Assembly: GCA_022841645.1 (NCBI GenBank)
Contig: JALHRC010000005.1
Span: 2,804 to 66,803, forward strand
Length of the DNA: 64,000 nt
From: Minisyncoccota bacterium
Lineage (GTDB): Bacteria; Patescibacteriota; Minisyncoccia; Phycocordibacterales; UBA918
Direction of reading: 5' to 3'
Part shown: piece by piece, positions 1 through 9,382 of the stretch
Numbering within the stretch: the stretch's first letter is position 1
Layout: the number at the start of each line of letters is the position of its first letter
Notes under the pieces: generated by a model
Seen by the model: the letters and a program-made list of their open reading frames with translations, nothing else
Database searches by the model: none
What the model was told of the DNA's origin: nothing
Position numbers and translations under genes: made by a program

Positions 1-620
1 ACTGTTACCGTGCTTCCCAGCCGAGCAAATGCTTGAGCCATTTCAATTCCAATCGGACCACCACCAAGGACTAGTAGTCGGCGCGGTAGTACGTCCATGG
101 TAAAAATCGTTTCATTGGTATGGAGATTTTGCACCTGTTCAATTCCAGGTACCGTGAGGGTACGAGGACGCGAACCAGTGGCGAGCACGATGCGCTTGCT
201 GGTATAGACGGTATCCGCTACCTGCACCTGGTTTTTGCCTACAAACCTCGCTTCGCCTAATACCACCGTCATTCCCTGCGAGCGAAACCATGTTGCATTC
301 TCATGTTCTCGTATTGTCGACTGCACACCAGCAATGTACTCCCGCACTCGCTCCCACACCACCGCCCCGCCAACCGACAGCCCGTAGGCGGCCGCGCGCC
401 GCGCGGCCGCTACCTCACGCGCTATGTGGAGGAGGGCTTTGGAGGGGATACAGCCAAAGTTAAGACAATCACCCCCAATGGTCTCATCACGCTTATCGAT
501 AAGCAGCACCGAGAGTCCAATCCGGTTCATAAAGGCGGCTATGGTGAGTCCACCTGAACCAGCACCGATAACAATGAGGTCAAAGCTGGTCTTAGCGCTT
601 GTGACTTTCGTGGTGTCCAT
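1..620 (-). CDS. Pyridine nucleotide-disulfide oxidoreductase (MerA/Lpd/RclA-like), runs off window start
   Basis: Manual translation from ATG 620: MDTTKVTSAKTSFDLIVIGAGSGG...GGDCLNFGCIPSK (Rossmann GxGxxG plus redox CxxxxC); second GGGPIG motif near window start. Confidence 0.85.
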   Translation of the reverse strand, partial: MDTTKVTSAKTSFDLIVIGAGSGGLTIAAFMNRIGLSVLLIDKRDETIGGDCLNFGCIPSKALLHIAREVAAARRAAAYGLSVGGAVVWERVREYIAGVQSTIREHENATWFRSQGMTVVLGEARFVGKNQVQVADTVYTSKRIVLATGSRPRTLTVPGIEQVQNLHTNETIFTMDVLPRRLLVLGGGPIGIEMAQAFARLGSTVT

Positions 621-1269
621 AATGGCGTTGCAGATAGCGACCTAATAATACTACTCCACCCACGAGAACCAAGGCACCGACAATATGAAGCGGCTTTAAC
701 ATCGTGATAGCATCGCCAAAATAAACAAAGGCAAACGTACCAGGCACGATACCAAGCACCGTTGCGAATATATAGTCACGTGTCCGCACCGAAGTAAAAC
801 CAAGGGCATAATTGAGCGCACTAAACGGCACAATGGGAGTGAGGCGTAGAATCAGCACAGTCAAAAATCCCGAGCGAGTGAGGCGTGCATCATACAATGC
901 TAGCTTTTGGTGCCAGCGATTGGTTGCGGGGGCACGCTCTGTTTTATCGCCACGCCGAAATAGCCGAACGAGAAGAAATGAACCAGTAGCGCCAATACTC
1001 GCTCCCACCACCGTGGCCACCATACCAATAAGTGGCCCAAACAGCACACCACCAGTGAGGGTAAAAGCTACTCCGGGGAGAGCAAACATCACACCTCCTG
1101 CATACACAAAAACGTACACCAGAGGTGCATATACACCGTATCCGGCAACCAGTTCTCGTAGTGCCATTGGCGTGATGATTCCACTACGGTGTACGTAGAT
1201 CACAATGAAGACTGCTGCTACGATCACCACGATCGCTAGTAACGACCGCCACAAGACTGAAAGCATCAT
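592..1269 (-). CDS. TVP38/TMEM64 (DedA/SNARE-associated) membrane protein
   Basis: Hydrophobic; GGVLFGP, LRLTPIVPFSALNY, GIVPGT motifs. Confidence 0.85.
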   Translation of the reverse strand: MMLSVLWRSLLAIVVIVAAVFIVIYVHRSGIITPMALRELVAGYGVYAPLVYVFVYAGGVMFALPGVAFTLTGGVLFGPLIGMVATVVGASIGATGSFLLVRLFRRGDKTERAPATNRWHQKLALYDARLTRSGFLTVLILRLTPIVPFSALNYALGFTSVRTRDYIFATVLGIVPGTFAFVYFGDAITMLKPLHIVGALVLVGGVVLLGRYLQRHYGHHESHKR

Positions 1270-1274
1270 AAGGT

Positions 1275-3257
1275 TTACTCAACCATGGACAGCCAGTGGG
1301 CGTAGCCAAGCGCCGACATCTCGGCCTTAGGAATAAAACGTAGTGCCGCACCATTCATGCAGTACCGTTTACCACCGCGGTCGATCGGCCCATCATCAAA
1401 GACGTGCCCAAGGTGCGAGTCGGCGAACCGTGACCGCACCTCAGTGCGCACCGAAAACAACTTCCGATCTTCGTGGTGCGTCACCACTTCATCACTTAGC
1501 GGTCGTACAAACGACGGCCACCCCGTACCCGAATCAAACTTATCGCGCGAGGAGAATAGCGGTTCGCCAGATATCATGTCAACGTACAAACCGGGTTCAT
1601 AGTGTTGGTCAAGCGCGCTGGTACCAGCACGCTCTGTAGCATCTTCGCGCATCACCCGAAAGGCCACCTCAGAAAGTAATGTTCGCAACTCTTCGTCGAC
1701 TGGTCGTATATACGTCTCCCATGAAGAAGGGGTAAATTGGTTACGAGTAGCTGAATCCATAGTGGTGTTTGTTGCCAGATTGTCCGAATAAGTAAATTTT
1801 TTAAGGTCACTTCCCCACGTTGATTCTATGAAGGCTGTTCGACCGGAAGCACTGCGATACAAACTATATCGTAGTGGATTCTTTAGAGCGTAGTCTTGGT
1901 GGTAGTCTTCGGCTGGGTAGAACGGCGGTCGCGCTACTACTAGCAGCGGAAGCGGCGCTGGAAAAATCCCACGAGCGTCAACGGCTGCGATCACCGCCAG
2001 TGCCGCTCTCTGTTCCTCCTTTGTTTGATAATAAATAGCTGGAGCATACTCACTGCCACGGTCTTTAAACGAACCATGAGCGTCAGTCGGGTCACCATGC
2101 TTAATAATATGTTCCACCAGATTCGCGTAGGATACGATTGACGGGTCATACACCACCTGCACGACTTCGCGGTGACCGCCGTCATCGTAGTTCTTGTAAT
2201 CTGGATTTTCGGTAGTACCGCCAGCATATCCAGAGACAACATCAATGACCCCCGTCACCTTCGCTAGATCGTGCTCGACGCACCAGAAACAGCCGTTGCC
2301 AAACAAGGCGTTGGCAGTTTTAGTTGGTTGTGGTGGTGCGGGTGGGGTTACTGGTTCTCGAAGTACTGCAACTATTTGACTACCACTAGTCATCATCTGG
2401 TCATCCACTTCTTTAGCATCAAGGGTTGTGCTGGTAGCCTCTGTCAAATCTGTAGTCGCTAACGTCACTCCACTCTCAGCACTCATTGGTTGAGGTAGCG
2501 GAAGCGGTGAGGGGACCGATTCGGCTGGTGCAAACTGACGCAGGAGTTCTTCTTCAAATTGGATAGTGGCTCCATAGCCACTATCAAGAACGAACGACTC
2601 AAACTGCTTGTCCCAGCCCATCACCACCGCCACTCCAACACACAGCAGGAGTACGCCAAGGCCCTGGCGCACTCGCGCAGTAGTGGTAAGCCGTTTTAAG
2701 AGTACGTTGACAAACTGCTGACCAAAGTAAGCAATCAGAAAGAGAACAAGGACCAATCCCAACACAAATCCTCCCAAATACCACAACCCCAGCGCAAGTG
2801 ATGCTGGTAATACGGTCGCAATAATAAAGAGATAGGTTGGACTACAGGTCGAGAACACCGGACCAAGTGCCACCCCCATCAGCACATCCCCGCGCCAGCT
2901 GTTAGCCTGGTAGCCGCCACCGACTGCCCGATTGCTTAGCCGTGCTATCCGGCCCACAAGCGGCACTCTACCCCACCACGTCGGTACCAGAAGCGACAAA
3001 CCAAGGAGCGCAAGCACGCCTCCGGAAAACCACGTCCAAACGCTTGGCGGAATGGTAATCAGTAGCGTCGTCGCTCTAAGAAGGAGCGTAAAGACAATCA
3101 CCGATGCAGCGAGCACGAGAATCACTACCACTGACCGCCGTGAGAGATGGCGCGCTCCTGGCTCACTTGCACCGATCACGACCGGCAACAGCGGCAAAAT
3201 ACAGGGGGCCAGGACCGTGAGTGCCCCAGCCAAAACGGAGATAAGAAAGAAGGACAT
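1275..3257 (-). CDS. msrAB: CcdA/DsbD-TM domain fused to MsrA and MsrB
   Basis: N-terminal TM domain with PCILP and STCSP cysteines; MsrA GCFWC and AEDYHQDY; MsrB DSGTGWPSF, HLGHVF, RYCMNG. Confidence 0.9.
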   Translation of the reverse strand: MSFFLISVLAGALTVLAPCILPLLPVVIGASEPGARHLSRRSVVVILVLAASVIVFTLLLRATTLLITIPPSVWTWFSGGVLALLGLSLLVPTWWGRVPLVGRIARLSNRAVGGGYQANSWRGDVLMGVALGPVFSTCSPTYLFIIATVLPASLALGLWYLGGFVLGLVLVLFLIAYFGQQFVNVLLKRLTTTARVRQGLGVLLLCVGVAVVMGWDKQFESFVLDSGYGATIQFEEELLRQFAPAESVPSPLPLPQPMSAESGVTLATTDLTEATSTTLDAKEVDDQMMTSGSQIVAVLREPVTPPAPPQPTKTANALFGNGCFWCVEHDLAKVTGVIDVVSGYAGGTTENPDYKNYDDGGHREVVQVVYDPSIVSYANLVEHIIKHGDPTDAHGSFKDRGSEYAPAIYYQTKEEQRAALAVIAAVDARGIFPAPLPLLVVARPPFYPAEDYHQDYALKNPLRYSLYRSASGRTAFIESTWGSDLKKFTYSDNLATNTTMDSATRNQFTPSSWETYIRPVDEELRTLLSEVAFRVMREDATERAGTSALDQHYEPGLYVDMISGEPLFSSRDKFDSGTGWPSFVRPLSDEVVTHHEDRKLFSVRTEVRSRFADSHLGHVFDDGPIDRGGKRYCMNGAALRFIPKAEMSALGYAHWLSMVE

Positions 3258-3264
3258 GAAATGA

Positions 3265-3906
3265 TCACTCTACCTGCGCTACGACACTCGCTAGCGTCGA
3301 GCCACCACTCCACTTTTTGATGAGTGTGCCGTCGGCGGACACCTGTACCAGGGTATGTTGGGTAGTCACTCCATACTTTTGTTTCAGTGCCGTGCTGGTA
3401 TCGTAGTCGACATTAAAAATAGTCAGCCCCGCTGGAATACTGGTCAATTGATTTTTAATGTCACCCTCCAGCGTACGACAGCTTGGACACCAGCTAGCGT
3501 AGAAAAACAATACCGCGTCGCCCGCCGTGGCTGCCGCTGCTACCGCAGCAGCAGAGTATGTGGTATAGCTACCTGTAGCAGCAGACGCTGGCATGTCCTT
3601 TTTCATGGTGTCGTCACCCATCATAGCTACACTTTTCGGTGTATCACTCATGTCATCTGCCATGGTGTTTGCAGAATTAGTAGATGACATCTCGGGTTTA
3701 GGAGGTGATATCGTCGTCGCGCCACTGTTCATTGCCGTTTCTTCATCCATCATCTCATCTGGTTTACCCTCCATCTCTGCTGCTCCAGTATCCGACACTT
3801 TCAACATCTCTGATGTAGCAACCGACGGTGCATTATTCGACTGACTTGCATACCACACGCCACCAAACAAGGCTACAACTACCACTCCAATTAAAAGATT
3901 AACCAT
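3265..3906 (-). CDS. Membrane-anchored thioredoxin-like protein with Met-rich linker
   Basis: N-terminal TM helix, Met-rich low-complexity linker, FYASWCPSC. Confidence 0.85.
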   Translation of the reverse strand: MVNLLIGVVVVALFGGVWYASQSNNAPSVATSEMLKVSDTGAAEMEGKPDEMMDEETAMNSGATTISPPKPEMSSTNSANTMADDMSDTPKSVAMMGDDTMKKDMPASAATGSYTTYSAAAVAAAATAGDAVLFFYASWCPSCRTLEGDIKNQLTSIPAGLTIFNVDYDTSTALKQKYGVTTQHTLVQVSADGTLIKKWSGGSTLASVVAQVE

Positions 3907-4010
3907 AGTGCAAAAGTAGAGAAAGGTTTAAGGTCTTTACTAAACTGCTACAGTCAGTATAGCCGACTTTACATACATGTAAAGTCGGCTATACACAGTA
4001 TCCTCTACAT

Positions 4011-4379
4011 CTATTCAAGGTAGAGTCTTGAAATATGCTTGACGAGCACCATAGCAGCGAGGGCCACCGGAATCCACGGATCAATGGTGTGTGTGAGGGT
4101 CTGGAAAATAAGGGCACAGAGTAACACTGCCAATCCAGCCAGGTACGCCAGGCGTCCCGACTGCACCCGCAACTGCACTTCACGCTCATCGGCGGCTGTT
4201 TCAGAAAGAACGAAACTCGCCCAAACAACGAGCAGCACGGTCACACACACAAGAGCCACCAGCTCTCCCATCATTGGCATCCAAAACGGCACCAGATCGG
4301 CAATAACGATCAAGAAAAAACTAATTAAAATCGCAACGGTGGTGTGCATGATAGTTTTGTGCATGAAAATCTTATTCAT
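4011..4379 (-). CDS. Small 4-TM membrane protein (DUF2178-like)
   Basis: DERE motif between TM pairs; overlaps XRE regulator, a typical pairing. Confidence 0.65.
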   Translation of the reverse strand: MNKIFMHKTIMHTTVAILISFFLIVIADLVPFWMPMMGELVALVCVTVLLVVWASFVLSETAADEREVQLRVQSGRLAYLAGLAVLLCALIFQTLTHTIDPWIPVALAAMVLVKHISRLYLE

Positions 4380-4587
4380 ACGTCAGGGTAAATAAATCTT
4401 CTACTGCCACCTCAAAATAACGCGCGAGAGTAAGCGCAAGTAGCACCGAGGGCGTGTAATTACCCTTTTCGATAGAAATGATGGTTTGCCGCGTTACGCC
4501 CACAGCAATCGCCAACTCTTCCTGCGTTAGGCAGCGCTCGGTACGAAACTGATTAACACAATTAGTAACTTTATAATGCACACTCAT
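4372..4587 (-). CDS. XRE-family HTH transcriptional regulator
   Basis: LTQEELA..VGVTRQTIISIEKGNYTPS. Confidence 0.9.
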   Translation of the reverse strand: MSVHYKVTNCVNQFRTERCLTQEELAIAVGVTRQTIISIEKGNYTPSVLLALTLARYFEVAVEDLFTLTYE

Positions 4588-4713
4588 CGACAGCAGCATA
4601 GCAAACTGCATCACAATCACAATGGCTGTGAAGTGATGGTCGGCAGTCGGGAGTGGCTCATAGGGTCCATGCTAAAAACCCTGCCGCTTCTATCGTGCAC
4701 AATGACCACTCAC

Positions 4714-5079
4714 TCACCACGTCAATAAAAAGTCGGCTGGTTCTCCGGCGCGACCAATGCCATACCAGGTATAGCCTAGTGGGCCACGGCGCTCGGTCAC
4801 GGTGACCGTCCCCGCACTAGCTTCATGAGCGCGAACGACCGTCTGCGCCGTCACTATTTCACCGGCTACCAGGAAGGACACCCGGACACGTTGCCACGTT
4901 TGGCCATCAATAGTGGAATCAAGACCAGTGTAACGACCAGTTTCTACGACGACCGCCTCGCCACTCCCTACCACGCCACTTAAAAAGCGGTCAATACTCA
5001 CGAGTGCCCCCACCAAGAAAAATACTAAGGCAAGAAATGAAAGCGGGAGTAAAAGGATTCGGTCGCGCGAAGCGGGCAA
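4714..5079 (-). CDS. Hypothetical membrane protein, possibly frameshifted from an upstream ORF starting at 5243
   Basis: TM helix then beta-rich domain; upstream hydrophobic ORF ends near 5103 in another frame. Confidence 0.45.
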   Translation of the reverse strand: MPASRDRILLLPLSFLALVFFLVGALVSIDRFLSGVVGSGEAVVVETGRYTGLDSTIDGQTWQRVRVSFLVAGEIVTAQTVVRAHEASAGTVTVTERRGPLGYTWYGIGRAGEPADFLLTW

Positions 5080-5310
5080 TGGTGAGACAAGTCGCTCTCT
5101 CCCTAGCCACTAAGGGTGTAGGGCAACCGTCGTAAAAAGCGCCGCAATGCGTACGACCCTACGCCCAAGGCCAAGGTAAAAACGAATAATCCAATGTTTG
5201 AAATGACTGCTGCCCAACACCACTCAACAACGTGAACTACCATGGTTTTTATTATAGCAACTGTAAGGAGTCGTTTAGTAGCCCGTCATCACTGGGTATA
5301 ACTAATAATT

Positions 5311-5871
5311 ATGCCTACCACCATAAAAATGCCGTTATTGTATTCATTTATTTTAATTATTGCCGTCTTTTTCACTGTTCTTCCCACAGAGCGAGCAGAA
5401 GCCCTCAGCTGTCTGCCGGTAGCCGACTACCTTGAACAGGTAGTTGGTGGTGATGAGTTTGTCTTTATCGGGAGCATGAATGGCGGTAGCGATACTACTG
5501 GCTATTTTACCGAGCACGTGACTGTTACCAAGGCCCTTCAGGGCTATGTACCCGAGCAAATGATGCTCTACCACCGCACCGACGATACGTGGGGCTACTT
5601 CTGCAACCAGGGACCGGGCGAAAAGGGTGAGGCAGGACTCTACGTCGTCGGCTTTGATGAGTACGGCAAATATGTCGTGCACCAACGCCTCGCCCTCACT
5701 GATCCACTAGTAAAGACGCTTGAGAATGATCTTAAGGAGGCCGAAGTCACGGGTGGCATTAGCGAGCACTCGGCTAAGGACCTACGTAACCAGATTGCCG
5801 ACAAGATCCGTACCCTGTTTGCCGAAATTCTTCTCCTTATGAGCGAGTACCGCTACTGGGAAGGACGATAA
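5311..5871 (+). CDS. Secreted hypothetical protein
   Basis: Signal peptide ending AEA-LSC, second Cys; -10 TATAAC just upstream; hairpin downstream. Confidence 0.7.
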   Translation: MPTTIKMPLLYSFILIIAVFFTVLPTERAEALSCLPVADYLEQVVGGDEFVFIGSMNGGSDTTGYFTEHVTVTKALQGYVPEQMMLYHRTDDTWGYFCNQGPGEKGEAGLYVVGFDEYGKYVVHQRLALTDPLVKTLENDLKEAEVTGGISEHSAKDLRNQIADKIRTLFAEILLLMSEYRYWEGR

Positions 5872-5893
5872 AGAACAGTCAATGTACGTTGGC

Positions 5894-5929
5894 GAAAGCG
5901 GGCGGTCCCTAAAGGGACCGCCCGCTTTC
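5894..5929. terminator. 17-bp perfect hairpin, probable terminator
   Basis: GAAAGCGGGCGGTCCCT-AA-AGGGACCGCCCGCTTTC. Confidence 0.65.
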
Positions 5930-6087
5930 ATTTCCGGTCATCACTCTACCATAGCCGCTTTTCCCCACCCCTAGTTGACGAGAACGGGGATGGCGGAGTA
6001 TTGTTGATTTGCCAAGGGGTTCTAGAGCAATCTTAACCCCAAGGCGTATCGCCGCACTCACGCGGCAACAGCAGGAAGGACACGACG

Positions 6088-6273
6088 ATGAAGACCCGTT
6101 TCCACCCGCGCCTCGGCGCATCCATGGCGGTCGAACCCGGTGCGAAGAAGCTCGGCACGCACACCCGCCCGATGGCCGTCGGCGCCGCTGCGACGCTGCA
6201 TGGCCAGGCCGCCGAGATCGCGCTGTTCGCCACCGCCCCGTCCCACGCCGCCGGCGGCTTCCTCGGCACCTGA
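6088..6273 (+). CDS. Small GC-rich hypothetical peptide (61 aa)
   Basis: AGGAAGGA upstream of ATG; followed by hairpins and T-tract. Confidence 0.4.
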   Translation: MKTRFHPRLGASMAVEPGAKKLGTHTRPMAVGAAATLHGQAAEIALFATAPSHAAGGFLGT

Positions 6274-6563
6274 AGCGCCGGCTGCTTCGGCCCTCTCGCA
6301 GCAAACACTGCGAGAGGGATCCCCGTTCTTTCACCCAAACCAAGAAGGAAACACGCACGACTGCGGCGAGGTGACTTCCCTTTTGAGTTTCTCCCCAATC
6401 AGGGAAATGCACCTCGCCGCTCGGCCTTACTTTTGGCCCAGCGGTTTTTTCTTTATATACTTTTTCACTTTCGACTTTAAAATTTTTAACTTTTCTCTTT
6501 TTAATTCTTCATTTTCAACTCTTCACTTTTCACTTTTATCTCTTCCTATTCCCTCCCCTTCAT

Positions 6564-6593
6564 TTGACAGTAAAAGCTGCCTGCCAGTATAGT
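6564..6593 (+). promoter_or_regulatory. Sigma70-type promoter
   Basis: TTGACA-18 nt-TATAGT. Confidence 0.7.
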
Positions 6594-6668
6594 AAAAGCG
6601 CCTGGGGAGCAAACACTTCTTTGGCAGCTGGGCGGATTCCCCGCCCAACAAACCAACAGGAGAGAACG

Positions 6669-6896
6669 ATGGGATGTGGGCAGGGCGGAAGTGGGCGTGG
6701 CGCTCCCAGGTCGTCACCCGGTACGGGCAACAGTGACATCGCGCCGACGTTGTCGGTCTTCGGGCGGATGTCCGGTCAACGTGGCCCTGATGATGTCGGC
6801 GGCGGCAATGGCGGCAGAGCGCTCGTCCTCGGCGGCATGGCTACTGCGATCGTGAGCGCGAGCGACGGGCGGGCCGTGCCCCACGTGGTGCGCTGA
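6669..6896 (+). CDS. Small Gly-rich hypothetical peptide (75 aa)
   Basis: AGGAGAG SD before ATG 6669, promoter upstream, terminator near 7040-7080. Confidence 0.45.
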   Translation: MGCGQGGSGRGAPRSSPGTGNSDIAPTLSVFGRMSGQRGPDDVGGGNGGRALVLGGMATAIVSASDGRAVPHVVR

Positions 6897-7239
6897 CAAT
6901 GCGAAAGAGCGGCCGGTAGCTCCGAAAGCTACCAGTAACCGGCATGACGGGAAAGGCCCAGCGGACGAGCACCGCTCGCACCGCTGGGTCTCCATTCCAA
7001 AAACGATTTGAGGGATGGAGCACTGCTCACCCACTACAATTGCCCGCACAGCCACCCGGCCGTCGGGCGGTTTTTATTTACGCCACATACATTCAACCGC
7101 CGGCACTCCAAAATATAGCGAGCGCCCTACCGGTCAACCACCTCTCTCCTACTATCATGCATGATAGTAGGAGAGACGATTAGAGAGTGCTGTATTAGTC
7201 GCGTAGTTTTGACAATATTTTATATTGGCATACTATGCA

Positions 7240-7380
7240 GCTGCCATTTAACGAAATGGTCCCTGAAACCTTTTTTAGGGCGCTAGCGAGCAGAGAGGGA
7301 GTTAAGTTGCCCCCCAACCCGGCTCTTAATCTCATTCGCGTCAAACTCTTCGGCCACCCCTCGGGGTGACCGAACTTTTT
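7240..7380 (+). ncRNA. Candidate small structured RNA
   Basis: TTGACA (7209)-16 nt-TACTAT, three hairpins, then GC hairpin plus T-tract; no downstream start codon for a sizeable ORF. Confidence 0.35.
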
Positions 7381-8468
7381 TATGACTCCTCGTCGAGGCG
7401 CGCCGGCTTATCGAGGGTGAGTACATCCACACCGGCCGACTCGCCCGTGATGCGCAGCACGTCCTTGTCTACCTTCGCTAGTTCTTTATACCCAGCGTTG
7501 TAGTGATTGACGCTCGTCGCAAGCGCGTTGCCGAGCTTTTGGTAGTAGTCTTCATACTTGCCAATATGCGTTCCTAGTTTTTCCACGTTCTTGATGATAT
7601 CGATAGCCTTCTCTTCGATCTCAAGCGCTTTAAGGCCCTGGAGCACGGTCTGCAGGTAGGCGAGGAATGACGTGGGCGAAACAATAATCACCCGATACTT
7701 CCCGGCTGCCCGTTGGATGAGGTTCTCTTCCCCGCCAGTAATGGTATTGGAGAGGAGGTCGTAGTAGACACCTTCCGAAGGAATAAACATGAAGGCAAAG
7801 TCCATCGTCTTTTCACTCGGTCGGATGTACTTGGCGGTTTCGGTAATGCGCAACTTAAGGTCATTGATGAAGGTTTTTTCTAAAGTAGCGCGTTCTGTCG
7901 CGTCGCGCGCTTCAATGAGGCGATTGTAGTTTTCGAGCGAAAACTTTGAGTCAATCGGAATCACTTTGTCTTTCACAAACACCACAGCGTCGACAATTTC
8001 GGCATTGCCAAAGGCGTACTGCATTTGAAAGCTGCCGGGTGGCAGCACATTTTGCAGTACCGTTTCGAGGTAGTACTCGCCCAAAATTCCCCGTTGCTTC
8101 GGATTTTTAAGCACGTCTTGCAGTTGCTTGAGCTGCTCCGCAAAACCAATCACTTGGCGGTTGGTTTCTCCGAGGCGCGTCAACCCTTCCGTTACCTCGC
8201 GCACAATTTTCGACGACTCCGAGAGTTGGCTCTCGACCGTGCGCTGGATGGTACGACTCGATTCGCCGAGGCGCGCGTCGAGCGTGCGGGTGGAATCAGC
8301 GAGCCGTTCGTTCATCGTACGCGCGAGTTCTTGCATACCTTGCTGGAGGAGCAGGATACTTTGATCGGCCTCGGCTGGCTTTTCAGTGCGTTTTCGAAGA
8401 AGTAGGTACACCAAAAAGCCGTTTCCGAGGAGGAGCGCGACCACCAACACAATAATCAGCCATTCCAT
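7380..8468 (-). CDS. rmuC: DNA recombination protein RmuC
   Basis: N-terminal TM, coiled coil, NPKQRGILGE, IDSKFS, FMFIPSE, IVSPTS. Confidence 0.92.
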   Translation of the reverse strand: MEWLIIVLVVALLLGNGFLVYLLLRKRTEKPAEADQSILLLQQGMQELARTMNERLADSTRTLDARLGESSRTIQRTVESQLSESSKIVREVTEGLTRLGETNRQVIGFAEQLKQLQDVLKNPKQRGILGEYYLETVLQNVLPPGSFQMQYAFGNAEIVDAVVFVKDKVIPIDSKFSLENYNRLIEARDATERATLEKTFINDLKLRITETAKYIRPSEKTMDFAFMFIPSEGVYYDLLSNTITGGEENLIQRAAGKYRVIIVSPTSFLAYLQTVLQGLKALEIEEKAIDIIKNVEKLGTHIGKYEDYYQKLGNALATSVNHYNAGYKELAKVDKDVLRITGESAGVDVLTLDKPARLDEES

Positions 8469-8567
8469 AATTGAATTGCCACCAGAATACCATACCCTCC
8501 CTTGCCCACCGGGCACCTAGGGTCTATGCTGGTTTTTGGAGGACGCGGTTCCTCACAGGAGGCAACG

Positions 8568-8741
8568 ATGACCATCGCTGAAAGGGCCGGGGCAGACACT
8601 CGCTACGACATACTCGGCGAGTACGTGTTGGCACTCCTCGGACTAATCGCTGGGCTCATGCTGATCTGCTTCGTTGGTTTTTCTTTCGAGTCAACGTCCC
8701 CACGGGGGACAACCTGCACAGTTGAAAGGACAGTCCGATGA
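8568..8741 (+). CDS. Small membrane protein 1 (57 aa)
   Basis: AGGAGG SD, one TM helix, ATGA coupling to next ORF. Confidence 0.6.
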   Translation: MTIAERAGADTRYDILGEYVLALLGLIAGLMLICFVGFSFESTSPRGTTCTVERTVR

Positions 8742-8875
8742 GTCTTGAGTCAGCACCGCCAAAAACCGGTCGCGACTTGCTTGGCGCGTTGGTCGCCATT
8801 GTGCTCGCGCTACTGGTGTACTTCTCAAAACCACGCACCACCAACCCCAACGCTAGGGAGGAGAACCATGACTGA
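8738..8875 (+). CDS. Small membrane protein 2 (45 aa, below ORF-track cutoff)
   Basis: MSLESAPPKTGRDLLGALVAIVLALLVYFSKPRTTNPNAREENHD; AAGGA SD; ATGA overlap. Confidence 0.6.
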   Translation: MSLESAPPKTGRDLLGALVAIVLALLVYFSKPRTTNPNAREENHD

Positions 8876-8999
8876 AAACAGCGACCACTGGTGGATTTCG
8901 CCTTTGTTTCTTTTCATTTTGTTCGCGCTCATCCTGTGGGCGCGGAGCATCGCACTCAAGGATCACCGGTTTCCCCGTGATCCACGAAAGGGTGAATGA
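8868..8999 (+). CDS. Small membrane protein 3 (43 aa)
   Basis: GGAGGAG SD; MTENSDHWWISPLFLFILFALILW. Confidence 0.6.
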   Translation: MTENSDHWWISPLFLFILFALILWARSIALKDHRFPRDPRKGE

Positions 9000-9000
9000 C

Positions 9001-9183
9001 ATGGCCATGATGGAGGAGCTGCTCGGGCGGGCCTATGGAAACTGGCACTGGCTGGCAATAATGGGCGTGGTGGTCCTGCTCATGCTCCTGGTGCCGAAGT
9101 CTCACTCCACCGGGATGTACACCGCCTCAACAGAGGAAGACAACGAAGCTGGGGAGGATGATCACCATGTTCCTGACCCCTAG
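9001..9183 (+). CDS. Small membrane protein 4 (60 aa)
   Basis: WHWLAIMGVVVLLMLLVP TM helix, acidic tail. Confidence 0.6.
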   Translation: MAMMEELLGRAYGNWHWLAIMGVVVLLMLLVPKSHSTGMYTASTEEDNEAGEDDHHVPDP

Positions 9184-9382
9184 GGAGCTCGCAGAAGCGA
9201 CGCTGGACGCGTGCTGTTCGGGGTTCCGGTTGTGGCTCACTCTTATCTGGGGATCGTCGGCGGGATACATTATCCCCGTTCATGAACGTCGCGAACCGAC
9301 GATCAGGACCCTATCCGGTGCCAAAGTGATCTCGCTCTGCGAAGTGCGTGCACAGCGCAAGAAAGCAGGAGGGATGCGTTGA
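9167..9382 (+). CDS. Small hypothetical protein 5
   Basis: GGAGG SD, overlaps previous ORF, hairpin at about 9402-9429. Confidence 0.5.
   Translation: MFLTPRELAEATLDACCSGFRLWLTLIWGSSAGYIIPVHERREPTIRTLSGAKVISLCEVRAQRKKAGGMR

Noticed and set aside
4714-5243. Programmed frameshift joining two membrane ORFs
   Set aside because: No slippery sequence or known family; simple mutation or two separate ORFs is as likely
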